This document shows, one piece after another, positions 1 through 11,649 of a DNA stretch of 64,000 bases. The notes below the pieces were generated by a model, which worked only from the letters and a program-made list of their open reading frames with translations, made no database searches and was not told where the DNA came from. This DNA is from Anthoceros angustus (Eukaryota; Plantae; Anthocerotophyta). The translations under genes and the position numbers were made by a program. The stretch covers positions 124,001 through 188,000 of the forward strand of contig MU008217.1 of the NCBI GenBank assembly GCA_010909165.1. The letters run 5' to 3'. How positions within the stretch are numbered: position 1 is the stretch's first letter; each line of letters opens with the position of its first letter.

Positions 1-352
1 GAGGTGGAGATGGGGAGGACATGACGGAAATTTTATTTCTTACTATGGTGAGCAGTCTGCCTTACTTGTTTCCCACTCTTGGTGTGGTGTGGTCTGCTGC
101 TCACACGTACTGACTTCAAGTATCAAAGGTCCAGCAAGAATGGTCAAGAGGAGGCGTCGGTCGATGGATGGGGGCGGCAGAGACCGGTGTGAGGGCGGAC
201 TTTGATCCTCATTTTGTAGAACTGCAGAAATTGGACAAAAATGGCAAGTCTAAGTTTCTGTCTCCTTCTACCTCTGAAGACGAAGGATCATCATAGGCTG
301 ATTACCATAGGTAGGACTTAGAAGGTGGTTACTTCCCCGAACTTGGTTTTCA

Positions 353-3300
353 TCACATGTTCCTCGCTTCCTTACTAGTTTTGGACTTGTTGGACATGTG
401 AAGTGGGTGTAACACTCCCAAAGCCTCTTTAGACTGATGGTGTTTCAGACGAGGTAAAGCTTTGGTAAGTATGTCTGCCGCATTTTGCTCTGTCGGGATA
501 TACTCTAACTTAACCTGCTTAGTCTCTACAGCATGCCTCACAAAGTGGTGATGTACTTCTATGTGTTTGGTTCGGGCATGGAAGACTGGGTTTTGTGCTA
601 GAGCCAAGGCAGACTGGTTATCACAAAAGATGACAGTTGGAGTACGCTGCTCTTGGCCCATATCCGCTAGGAGTCGACGCAACCATATGGCCTCTTTAGC
701 TGCTTGTGTAAGGGCTGAGTACTCTGCTTCGGTGGAGGAAAGAGAGACTGTTGTCTGCCTCTTCGAAGACCACGTCACCGCACCATCTGCTAACAGGAAA
801 GCATAGGCAGACACTGACCTTCTGGTATCTTGATCGGCCGCCCAATCCGCGTCACAGTAGCCTACCAAGGTAAGTTCTTCTCCATTATGTGCTCTCTTTG
901 TATAGTGGATGCCGTGTCCGCTAGTCCCCTTGAGATACCTAAGTATTCGCTGTGTCGATCAGGAGCTCTTCCGGCTCTTTCGAGCATCGAGAAACCATAC
1001 TTACGCGAAAGAAACATCTGGACGAGTATGATTCGAGGTAATATGAGAGCCAATCGCTGCACATAGGGGCGCCTCCATCTCAAGCCTATCTTGATCAGTC
1101 TATGGAGACTGAAGTACTGACAACTTGCAGCCAGCCTCAAGGGGAGTAAGGGCAGTCTTAGCCTCTGTTAGATTGTATTTGTGAAGCATGTCATAGATGT
1201 ACTTTTCTTGATGCACTGATAGGGTTCCACTGGCAGGATCTCTTTGAAGCTGGGTTCCTAAACAATAGGAAAGTTCACCCACATCTACCATATCGAACCT
1301 GCCGCGACAACAGACCCTTCACTCGGGTAATCCCTTCCAAGTGTGTACCAAGTAGAATGCAATCATCTACATAGAGTGCTAAAATGACAAAACCACCTTT
1401 CTCTTGCAGTAGGTAAACATTGGTATCGGCAGAGCTTTTCAAGAAGCCTAATCCTATCAGAAAATCATCTATGCACTCGTACCATGCGTGAGGACTTTGC
1501 TTAAGGCCGTAAATGGTTTTCAACAGTTTACACACCCACTCCTCATTGCCGGTAAGCTCAAACCCTTCAGGTTGTTGCATGAATATCTCCTCCTCTAGTT
1601 TGCCGTGTAGAAAGGCAGTTTTAACGTCCATCGGATGGATGTGAAGAGAGAAAAACGCAGACATGGCAAACAAGACTCTAAGGGACTGTGACTTGACAAC
1701 AGGGGAGAAAGTGTCATGATAATCTAAACCGGGGACTTGAGAAAACCCACGTGCGACAAGTCTAGCCTTATACCTGGCTATGCTACCGTCTGCCTTGTAT
1801 TTCAGTTTGAAGACCCACTTTGAGGTAACAATCTTCCTCCCCGCAGGCGGTGGGCATAGCTCCCATGTCTTGTTCTGTATGAGGGAGTCATATTCTGATT
1901 GGATTGCTGCTTTCCAATGCTTAGCATCTGGTCCAGAGATAGCTTCCTGATATGTGGACGGCTCATGTCCAGGGTTGATAATGATATTCACCATGTCCAC
2001 AACAACTTCATCAGGATCAGACCCATGTGGACGGGGTACCTTCTTGAAATCTTCACTACGATAAGGAGGTTCTCGCCACTGGTCAGGAGGTCTACGCAGT
2101 CGGGTAGAACGTCGAGGGAATTCCGGCTGCTGAACAGGTATAACATACTCCATTGGATCGTTAACTAGCCAGTCATCAGGAAGATCTGGGTATCGTGGAA
2201 CAGCTGCTTGTGGATTGTCCTCATTATCAGTGTGACCCTGACTTGGTGGAAGAGGATCAGATATGTTGAAATCAGCAGAAGACGTGTCTGAACCTTCATC
2301 TGGAGCTGGTGGGGGAAGTCCAGGATCTGGGTCATCAGAAGGTAACAAAGGATGTAATGGCAGCAGGGCAGGATCATGACCTATATCCACTGGATCGGAA
2401 GGATCTGAGTCCGGGAAACTAATCATGTCAGTGGAATCCTCCCCTGCAAGATCAGGCTGCTCAAATTCAACTGTCTCTTGGTCAAGAAAATCATCAAAGG
2501 AATGAGTGGGAGGAAGAAGGACAGGACGTTCATCGAAGGCTACAGTTCTAGAATGAATGACTCTCCTAGAAACAGGTTCGAACAGCTTATATCCATGAAT
2601 GCCCGTAGTATACCCAATGAAAATATGTCTCTTTGACTTGAATGAAAACTTCTGACGCAACTGATCAGGGATATGCGCATACGCTGTGCTACCAAAGACT
2701 CTAAGATGAGACAGGTCTGGTTTACTACCTGTCCATGACTCAAAGGGTGTACAAAGTGAGGAAACCACGACCTATTCGGAGGTAATCTCAGCGCCGCCTG
2801 TAAGCGTATGGATAGCCTCCCTTGGTAGAGCAGAGATCTTGCAGCATCCTGTATGGTTCTGTGTCTCCTTTCGGCACGACCATTCATATCAGAATGATAT
2901 GGAATTGTGAGTTGTCCGGGTTATCCCCTCTCGATAAAGATTCCCCGGAATGCATTAGATGCAGTACTCTTCCATTATCGGATCTGATGCATTTAAGCTT
3001 GTATCCAGTTTGCCTCTCAGCATAGGCTAAATAGCACTTGAAACTGTCAAAGACTTGACTTCTCTGACGCAGCAGCTCTGTGACGGTGAAGTGTGACTTA
3101 TCATCTTCAAATACGACAAAGTATCATGCACCTCCCCAGGAACTAACAAACATAGGCCCACAGATGTCTGTATGGACGAGGTCCGTGAGAGCTGCCGCTC
3201 ATGGATGTCCACTCCCTGTGAGGACTTAAACTGTTTCCCATGCACACATGCCACGCACAATTCAAGGTCAGGTAAGTCACTTTCAAAAACTACATTATTT

Positions 3301-3826
3301 TCTTTTCAAAGAATCCTCATGGCCTTAATATTAGGATGGCCAAGTCTACAATGCCATTTGAAGGCATTGATAGATTGCTGAGTAACATCTTTTGCCGCCG
3401 CCGACTGAATCTGAGGCGAGGCAGTCCAAACGAAGTCCGTAAGATAGATCAAACTGAGGTTTTCCACGAGCTATGGGAAAAGTTGGTGCGGACAGTCTGG
3501 AGATCGTGCATTCCACTCCTTCGAAGGTAATCCGATATTGGTTTGTCTTCCCAAGCGCCATTGTGCTCACCAGGTTCTTAGCGATTGCTGGCACATGAAG
3601 TGCATTCTCCAACAGCAGAAAACTACCATCCTGCAAAGTAACCTGAATGGTGCCCAAACCATTAATTGGTATAGTTGAATTGTCACCTAAGACTACTGCT
3701 GTTTGATGACAGGTCGGAGATGGCACATAAGTGATGAAAGATTTTCTTCTGGAACACATGTGATTCTGGCACCGCTGTCCAGATACCACTTCTGGCAGTC
3801 CTTCTTCGAAGAGGTTAGGCATGCAA
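353..3826 (-). pseudogene. copia pol (protease, GAG-pre-integrase, integrase, reverse transcriptase, RNase H) with several frameshifts
   Basis: ORF pieces 3346-3822 (NHMCS...LENALHVPAIAKNLVS), 3027-3260 (CVACVHGKQ), 2540-2887 (NGRAERRHRTIQDAARSLL), 1275-2768 (LRVFGSTAYAHIP...KARLVARGFSQVPGLDY...YVDD), 1100-1291 (DVGELSYCLG) and 353-868 (RNase H) sit in different frames. Confidence 0.92.
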
Positions 3827-3855
3827 CCCTACTAGAAATGGCCCCCTATGTTACA
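3827..3855 (+). repeat. left terminal inverted repeat of the CACTA-type element
   Basis: 29/29 match to the reverse complement of 18808-18836. Confidence 0.95.
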
Positions 3856-4290
3856 GTCGTTGTTGCAATTTTATGTTACACTTGTAACTTGCAACATCAT
3901 TTGGAGGCTTGGTATTAAGTTTGTCATTTCTTTCCGCATTGGGCCTACAATCTTAACACGAACCTTGCTCTCTCTCCTACCACTTCACCCTCTTAACTAC
4001 ATCCTCTCTCATACGCATTGTTTATGAATTCCCTCATGCAAATGCAACATGACCGTAATAAGGACCCTCTCTCTTCTCTATCCCCTCTTTATTACACCCC
4101 ATTGGAAGTACAATTAGTTAATGTTTTTCCTATTGCTCTTCATTGCACTCTCTCTTCACAACTATTGTTAATGGCCCAAACGGATATCACAAAACATGCT
4201 GGATATCACACTAACATGCTCATTAATTGTCTCTCATTAATTGTCTCCTTCCTCTACCACCGATATAATTCCTATATCAACCTTTTTCCC

Positions 4291-4374
4291 TACCATAGCT
4301 ATTATTGGCTTGTATACTAATTGTTTATGGCTTACCATAGCTATTATTGGCTTGTATACTATTTGTTTATGGCT
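4291..4374. repeat. 2 x 42-bp tandem repeat
   Basis: TACCATAGCTATTATTGGCTTGTATACTAWTTGTTTATGGCT at 4291 and 4333, one mismatch. Confidence 0.9.
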
Positions 4375-7361
4375 TTTGCACGATATCTTGGTAGAGATAG
4401 AATACACATTACCTTCATACGCAGTACCTACTTGTAGATACGGATTACCTTCATATTTCATTACCTACTTGTAGGTAGGTATTTGTACATGAACACCGGA
4501 TTATCTGATTTTTATTTCGATAAATGGATATATCGCATTCTTGTCTTTACCGTCTTGTTCTTGCAGCAAAATCGTTGACTTCTGCTCAACACGCGACCGC
4601 TTGTTCGTCACCATCCGCCTCCACTCCACCAAACGCAGTGCATGGACAACTAGGTTCCTTTATACATACATACCTTGATGTCCTGAAATTGGGAAAGGGT
4701 GGTACATGAGGACTAATCCCATGCTTTTGTCCGGTACCCATGAGCAATGGCGTCGTACGTTTCCCCAACCCGTCTGCCTGGTCGTCTTTTCACACATGCA
4801 GCAAACCTAGCAATCGTACTTCAACCCACACCTACCAGCAATTCTCGCTTGTGTCACAAAACAGCAATGTCACAATTGTCTGTTACTGAGTCATCGATTC
4901 AGGGCAGCCACAAGCTTCTCCCCTTTTCTGCCTTCACATCACCACTGCGCTCTGAACCACAAATTCATCTAGATGGCAGCTAACTCATCAGAAGCCCTCA
5001 CTTTCTTCCTACATAAAACTAAATCCTATGCTACTTAGGCTTCTTGCAGACACCCCTACACTCATTGGTTGTCCTCAGCGGAGGATTCTTCTTCTTCTTC
5101 CGTGTAGAACCCGCCGCTTTTCTTCCTTTGCTTGTTGGTGTCATGCTTGGTGCCCGCTTTCTCTTCCTTGCTCACGCCTCGGCTCTGCTTTCCCACATCC
5201 TTCCACCGCTTCTTTTACGACCACCATGGCTGCAACAAAGCATAGCCAAGATTTTCGCCCATTGCATCGCCATTGCATGACATGTTACACATTTGCACTT
5301 ACACTTTTCGACACGCCTGTGTGATCCTCCGTGTCGGTGCCACCACTTCCACCATTGTCCCCCTTCTTCCATGCCCACCAGCAACGCTCTTCCTCCCTCT
5401 CCTCGTTGTCCCCCCACCCTCTTCAACGCCTTTGCATGTGTACCGTCCGGCCGCCTCGCCCATTGCCTCTCGCCCCTCTGCATCCAAGCATCCACACATG
5501 CCACTCGGTGATCACATCACCGACAAGCGTTGCCTCGCCCACTTGCCCTCTCACCCACCGCCATGCCTTTTCCCTTACCTCTCCAATACTCGGCATGTTC
5601 TCCAAGCCATTCCTCGCGCCCACCGCAGCCTCCTCTACCGCTGCGCCCTCCCCACCCGTTGCACGAACTTCCTTTCAAAATCTTCGCCCCTAGTGGACCA
5701 AAGGGATTGGTCCCTTGATCATGCTTTTGCAGCTTGCGACGCTTGGTTCGAGGTGTTGGCCACACCCCCATTCTTGTGCAACGTCACCACCCCCGCCACT
5801 CCTTCCTCCATGCCTTCGTTGTGACATTCGGCGGATGGAGCCATTTCGCATCCTTACCCTTCTCCCTCCATATCAATGCTTTGCCTCACCTTCTTCCCTA
5901 CGTTGTGGTTCCTTGTCCGTGATGCACCGCAAACCTCGCCACAATCTCATCCCGTCGACACCGGAAACTCAATCTCTACCATACTCACCAGCCTCTCCTC
6001 GGACTCGTCATGGCTTGTCCACGGCACCATCAACGCCATCTTCGCACACTAGCTCCAAGACACGCGATGGAAGGCCCTCCTCAGTCCTTCTTCATCCTCC
6101 ACCGCATCACCTGATCCTCATTTTCGACCCAACCTCCATCGCAAAGGGCCGACCATAAACACTCCTCCCGCCCGTGGAGCGCACAATACAGAATGACGTC
6201 TGAGTTACCCTGGTGAGTTCTCCTATCTCTGCCGGAGTTGCGGCAGGGGACGTCGCCCTGCCACCCGTTCTTCCATGTCACCCACCTCGGCCTCATCCTC
6301 GCTTGTCCTCGTCCTCGCCATTTCCATCCGGAGTCGGCCGTCTGGCCTGGCCGGGCTTGCCCCTCAACCTGTCCTCATCTCCCACATCCATGTTCTTCAC
6401 GGAGGTCGGAGCATGCCCTTCCTCCCTTGGCTCGCGTGCACCTCGCTCGCATTGGTCGGCATAGGCAAGTGGTCCCCGCTTCTCGGGAGGCGGGATGGGC
6501 GGCCCCAGAGGGCGCACTTGCTAGGGCATCCATGCCACAAGGGCGGGGACCGATGTTCGCTCATCCCGAGGACCACCACTGCTCCACGGAAGGGCCACCT
6601 CACGCCACTCGGAGGACCAAAAACCCCTCTGGAGCAGCCAAGCCCATAGGAGCGGTGCGCTCCTCCCAGGGGTTGATGGTGGGAAGCATCTTCCTTCCCA
6701 TCCCCACCCTCGGCGGGGGCAACTTGCGGCATCGCCATCACCGCCTCCGCAACCTTGGAAGGGACACTTGCCCATCTTCATGGTGGCGCTCCCTGTGTCT
6801 GTTGTCACCCTCCGCCACGCCTCCTGCCTCGGATGGAGCCGGCCTCTGGGTCCACCCACCGTTTCACCGCCTTTCGCCTTCCCACCGGAGCCGTGACACT
6901 TCCATGACCACGTGCGCTGCTGGGGTCCCTTTCACCGCAGTGCTTGCCCACCACCCGGCCGCCGCCATAGTCGCCATTGCCATCGCCGCAGACGGCGACG
7001 CCTCCTTTGATCGGCCGAACGCCATCTTCACCGGCGGTGTGTCCGGTTGAAGTCGGTGCGCGACTTAGGCGACTCGGCCAAATCCTCAAGTCCACGTCCC
7101 ACACCATCTTTGTAATCGCAAGAAGTCGAAAGCAGAGCGAACCGAGACAAAAGATTGCAACCGCAGATGATTGAAAAGATGCAAGTGGAAGTAACACGTG
7201 ACGGTCGGAAGTAATAGGCCATGTCTCCGATCGCATGCGATGCTGCGACTGCCATGCGCCGTCGCCATTCAAAGTTGCCACCTCATCGCCTTCCCTTATG
7301 TCTCAACTCCTCATTATAACAAGTGGGACCTAATCAAGATGACCACACTTATCACTCGTAG

Positions 7362-8880
7362 ACATATATAGTCACCAAATTCGCACACACATTTGACGGC
7401 CAAGAACATTCATCATTTCGAGGGCCGAGGACATGCCACCGCTTGTCATTGCCCAAGGAACTATTTGTCCTTGGGCCTCGAGGTCATGTCATGGCCCATG
7501 GTCATGTCATGTCCTCGCCCATAACATGCATATACATGTCATGGCCCACGGACATGACATGACCATGATAAGACATGCACATGGTCCAAGGAAACATTTT
7601 CATTGGACCATGTCATGTATATACATGTCATCAGCATGACATTTATATACATGCCATGGGCCAAGGACAAAGTTGTCCTTGGCCCATGACATGCATATGT
7701 CATGGGCCAAGGACAACTTTGTCCTTGGCCCATGGCATGTATATAATGTCATGTCATATATATGCATATGCATGTCTGCGACGACATGCATATGCATGGC
7801 GGACAAAGTTTTCCTTGGCCCATGACATCCATATGCATGTCATGTGCCAAGCACAACTTTGTCCTTGGCCCATGTATATGCATGTCATGGTTAAGACCAT
7901 GCCATGCATTTACATGTCATGGGCCAAGCTCAAAGTTGTCCTTGGCCCATGACAACTAGGCCCATCCCCATGCATGTTTGGCCACCTCATCATGCGCTCC
8001 TTGTGTTTTAAGTCCTCATAATAGCATGTCCTCCCAAATGAAGTCTACACCACACTGCTATACATATATAGACACCAATATGGCATCGCCTTTCCGTGGG
8101 CCAAGGACAATTTGTCCTTGACATGAATTTACATGTCTGGGCCAGGACAATTTGTCCTTGGCCCACGCATGAAAATTTATGTCCCGGCCACACCATGCCA
8201 TGCATAGTTTCGTGGGCCAAGGACAAATGTCCTTGGCCCAAAATGGCGTTCATGTCTGGTCTTGACCATGCCATGCATTGCCATGGGCCAAGGACAAAGT
8301 TGTCCTGCCCATGAAACGCCTTGTAATATACATGTCATGGCCCAAGGACAATTTGTCCTTGGCCCATGGCAATTATATAAATGTCCTTGGCCCATTATAT
8401 AAATGTCATGCATGACATTTACATGCATATACATTTTCATGGTCAAAGGAAAAATGTTTCCTTGGACCATCACATGCATATGCATGTCAAGTCATATCAT
8501 GTCCTTGGCCCATGACATGTATATGCATGGGCCAAGGACATGACAAGACCGTGACATGCACGCATGTCGAGGCCCAAGGACAAATAAATCCTTGTGCAAT
8601 GACGGAGGTCGCATTTGTCCTTGGCCTCGAAATGCCGCCAATGTGCTTGGCGCTATGTGGCGAGATATTCGTGCTATATATGTTCGCCATGACATGTAAA
8701 TGCATGCCATGGTCAAGCCCATGACATGCATATACATGTCATGGCCAAGTCATGCGATGTCCGTGGACCATGTCATGCATGTACATGTCATGGCGAAGGA
8801 CAAATGACCGCACATGGGCATTTCCCAATCCAAGGACCATGACATGCATTGACTCATCATGGACCAAAGACAATCCCGGT
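7362..8880. repeat. foldback (large imperfect inverted repeat) built from nested short palindromes of a CATGGGCCAAGGACAA / TTGTCCTTGGCCCATG unit
   Basis: Perfect 16-bp-arm hairpins at 7655-7688 and 7701-7734. The left arm ~7362-7740 aligns by eye with the reverse complement of ~8270-8683. Degenerate units continue to ~8880. Confidence 0.82.
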
Positions 8881-11649
8881 GACCACGAGAGACACGTTTC
8901 GGGCCACCCTTGTGAGGCACCTCGGTGCAAACGGTGCATCGTGGATAGCGTGGGTGTGAAATGAATATGTGTCATCATACCGATTACAAACTGCACTTGG
9001 GGTGGTCCATGATCCTAGTCATCCATCCGCTGTTGCACCATTGTCAAGGTTTATACATTTGTTCGATGTACGCAGCTGGCATCGTTGTTAATTATGCTTA
9101 CCTCCCGAAAACCCGCTACTCACGCCGGGCGACACCACCGCCAAAGGTCGCCATGGCGGGCAGCTTGTCGTAGCGGGCCAATGCCCGCCTGCAAGCTTGT
9201 CGCAGTAACGGACGAGCATCGCAGATTCTCCCAACCGTAAACCGATGTTCCGGAGGCCACATGTGCGTAGAAATCGGCTCTTCTCCGAGATTTGCTTTAA
9301 CTACGAACTCACTTGATGAAAAGCTCCAGCTCTTGCTTAAGTCTCCTCCAGCTTTGAGGCCTACCGTGAACCCCACATCACTCCCCTCCACCCCTCCCCA
9401 CCCCTGCCTCCACCTGCCTCTCCTCGGCGCCCCCACCCCCCCCCGCCCCGCCTTGGCGTGGCACGAGATGCCCGAGCCCTCGTCCCTAGTGTCCACGATG
9501 TGCCGGCGATCATGACTTCCGCTACATATCAATGGGTTGGCACGGCTTGCACTTTTGGACACCTCCACGAACTGCCGATGGTCACAAGGACCCGGTGTGC
9601 CAACCGTGTGTATCCTCGCCCTTTTTGGAACCCTGCTCCAATGGCCAAGTGGAAGCCTCCCAACGCCTTGAGTTCGTGTCTCGACCACCACCCCCGCTCG
9701 ATCTCGTGCCGTAGTTTGTGTGTGTGGAAATCGCCATGACCTGTGCCGCCCAAGGTGTCGCTCGGGATTCACCCTTTTCACTCATTGCGTTCAATAGTTT
9801 TTGGTTCCCGCATGCGGCCGCCTTTTCCTTCCGTGCTCAACTATCTTCCTTCCAACATTGCGGTGTGTCGGAGGTTGTGGGCTCCTACATAGGCACCGAG
9901 TATGGCTATGAAGGATTGGACCGGCAGCGTCACCGACGATGGCCATCAAGGACGATGGAGAAGGTTGCTCTCCGTCCATTGCCCGAGGACACGACGGAAG
10001 GTTGCTCTCCGTCTGCTGCCATCAAGGACTGTATGCACGGTCCTCGCTCCCCGGCGTTACCGTCTCTTCATAGGTACATGCTTGGTGGAGGGAGGAGGTG
10101 TACACCTCGGAGGTCGAGGCAGGTAATGTTGAGCCTTGCCGGAATGTCCTTTCCGGCAACTGAATCTGTACACTTCAGTGTGGCTGGAAATAAAGAAACG
10201 GGCGCCTGTGAGGTCTGGTTGGCGGAATGGAGGGGTATGGAGTGGTGCCCCTCCATGCCGGGCAGACACAGTGCAACCGCGTCCGTGACATTTCCGTGTG
10301 ACGTGGGTCATGATTGCCTTCAACTTCCGATTGTGGCTGGTCCTAGCGCCGTGAGGATGGACATGAATTAAACAAAGGCTACTAATTCTGCACACCTGTC
10401 GCCCAAAAAACGTAAGGTCACCTGCTCTAAAAGGAACCGAGTCTGCGGAATGTGTGTCGCGATGCAGCCCATGGACCCGTTAGGAAAGGAAGGAGTTCAT
10501 ACCCGCAGGCCGCAGAAAGAAAGGACGAAGGGGAGGTCGAAAGGGAAGACGAAGGCGAAGGGAGCCGCGAGGGGCAGTACATCCGAGGCGATCGTCCCCG
10601 GTGAGGCGAACGGAAAGAGGAAATCATTGGTTGAATGCGCAGAGGCGGGGGGCTCTGCTCAGGCGGGCGCAGCAACCCCTCAGGCCGAGGGGACTCCAAG
10701 AAGAGGCACAGGAGACGAACGAAATTCTTGCAAAGGCCGCACGAAGTCGGAGATGTTGTGCATCTAAGTCGTCTGTTTTGGATGAATGAACCTGCAGATG
10801 TGGAGGGTTCACATCGGATGCACGCCCACTGTGGATGAAGATCCACAATTCAGAGGCATGGACCTGGGAGAGGGAGGACGAAGCGGCATGGGACGCGATT
10901 TGCAGCCATTGGGTGCGGTCCGCTTTCCGGCTTGTTTTCGCCGAGCTCTACCGAGATTTCGAGAGCATGAGCTCCACGCTTTCTCGCCGTAGACAAAGTG
11001 CGAGATAAGGAGGTTATGCACACTAGCGATGGTGGCGCTGAAATGTTTTGCCTTTCACGCATTCTTGACACAAGGCATGACACCGTCAATGTAGGCACCG
11101 CCAAACATATGACATTGAATGTTGCAAGTGGAGTCACCCACGAAAGCGCGAACTGCCCCGACCGTTGTCCCCAACCCCTCGATATCGACCGACCGTCATC
11201 CCTTTCTATCGTCGCCCAAGGGCGAATTGGTGCGGCCGGCGACAGGGGCGTCCATCCGAAGACATCTCGGTGCGTTGAACTCGTCTTCCCCGCACTCACG
11301 CGGAGCTCGACGGTAATCCAAACACGGACCACAAGTCCGTTCCATGCCACTCGATGGCTCGAGGTCGGCGGTGGCATTTGGCGAGACATGTTGGTGATGT
11401 CTCGCAACGCTTGATTCGTGAGAACACCATAGGGTGCCGGAGGCTTCCATTGTCGACACATAGCCGCGGATGCTTTAGCTCGCGACGCATCCTCGAGCTG
11501 CCCGAGGCAACGAGGTCGAGTCGTGAGTCCACTGCGCCCATGGTGGAAGCTCTTGCACGCGACTTCTTTTGTTCGAATGGGCTTCAATCGCTTGAGGAAA
11601 CGCCTTCCATTTTAATCAAGTTCTTCCTCCCCGCCATTCTTCTTCCGCG

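Noticed and set aside
1-350. 3' LTR or polypurine tract of the copia element
   Set aside because: No match to 20448-20672 and no convincing PPT. The element end lies beyond the window, so LTR dating and the TSD cannot be checked.
4237-4461. 74-aa ORF with a repeated HKQxVYKPIIAMV peptide
   Set aside because: It is just the translation of a 42-bp tandem repeat in AT-rich subterminal DNA.
7400-8900. Repeat-spacer appearance suggesting a CRISPR array
   Set aside because: Units occur in both orientations with irregular spacing, the spacers are themselves repetitive, there are no cas genes, and the context is a eukaryotic transposon.
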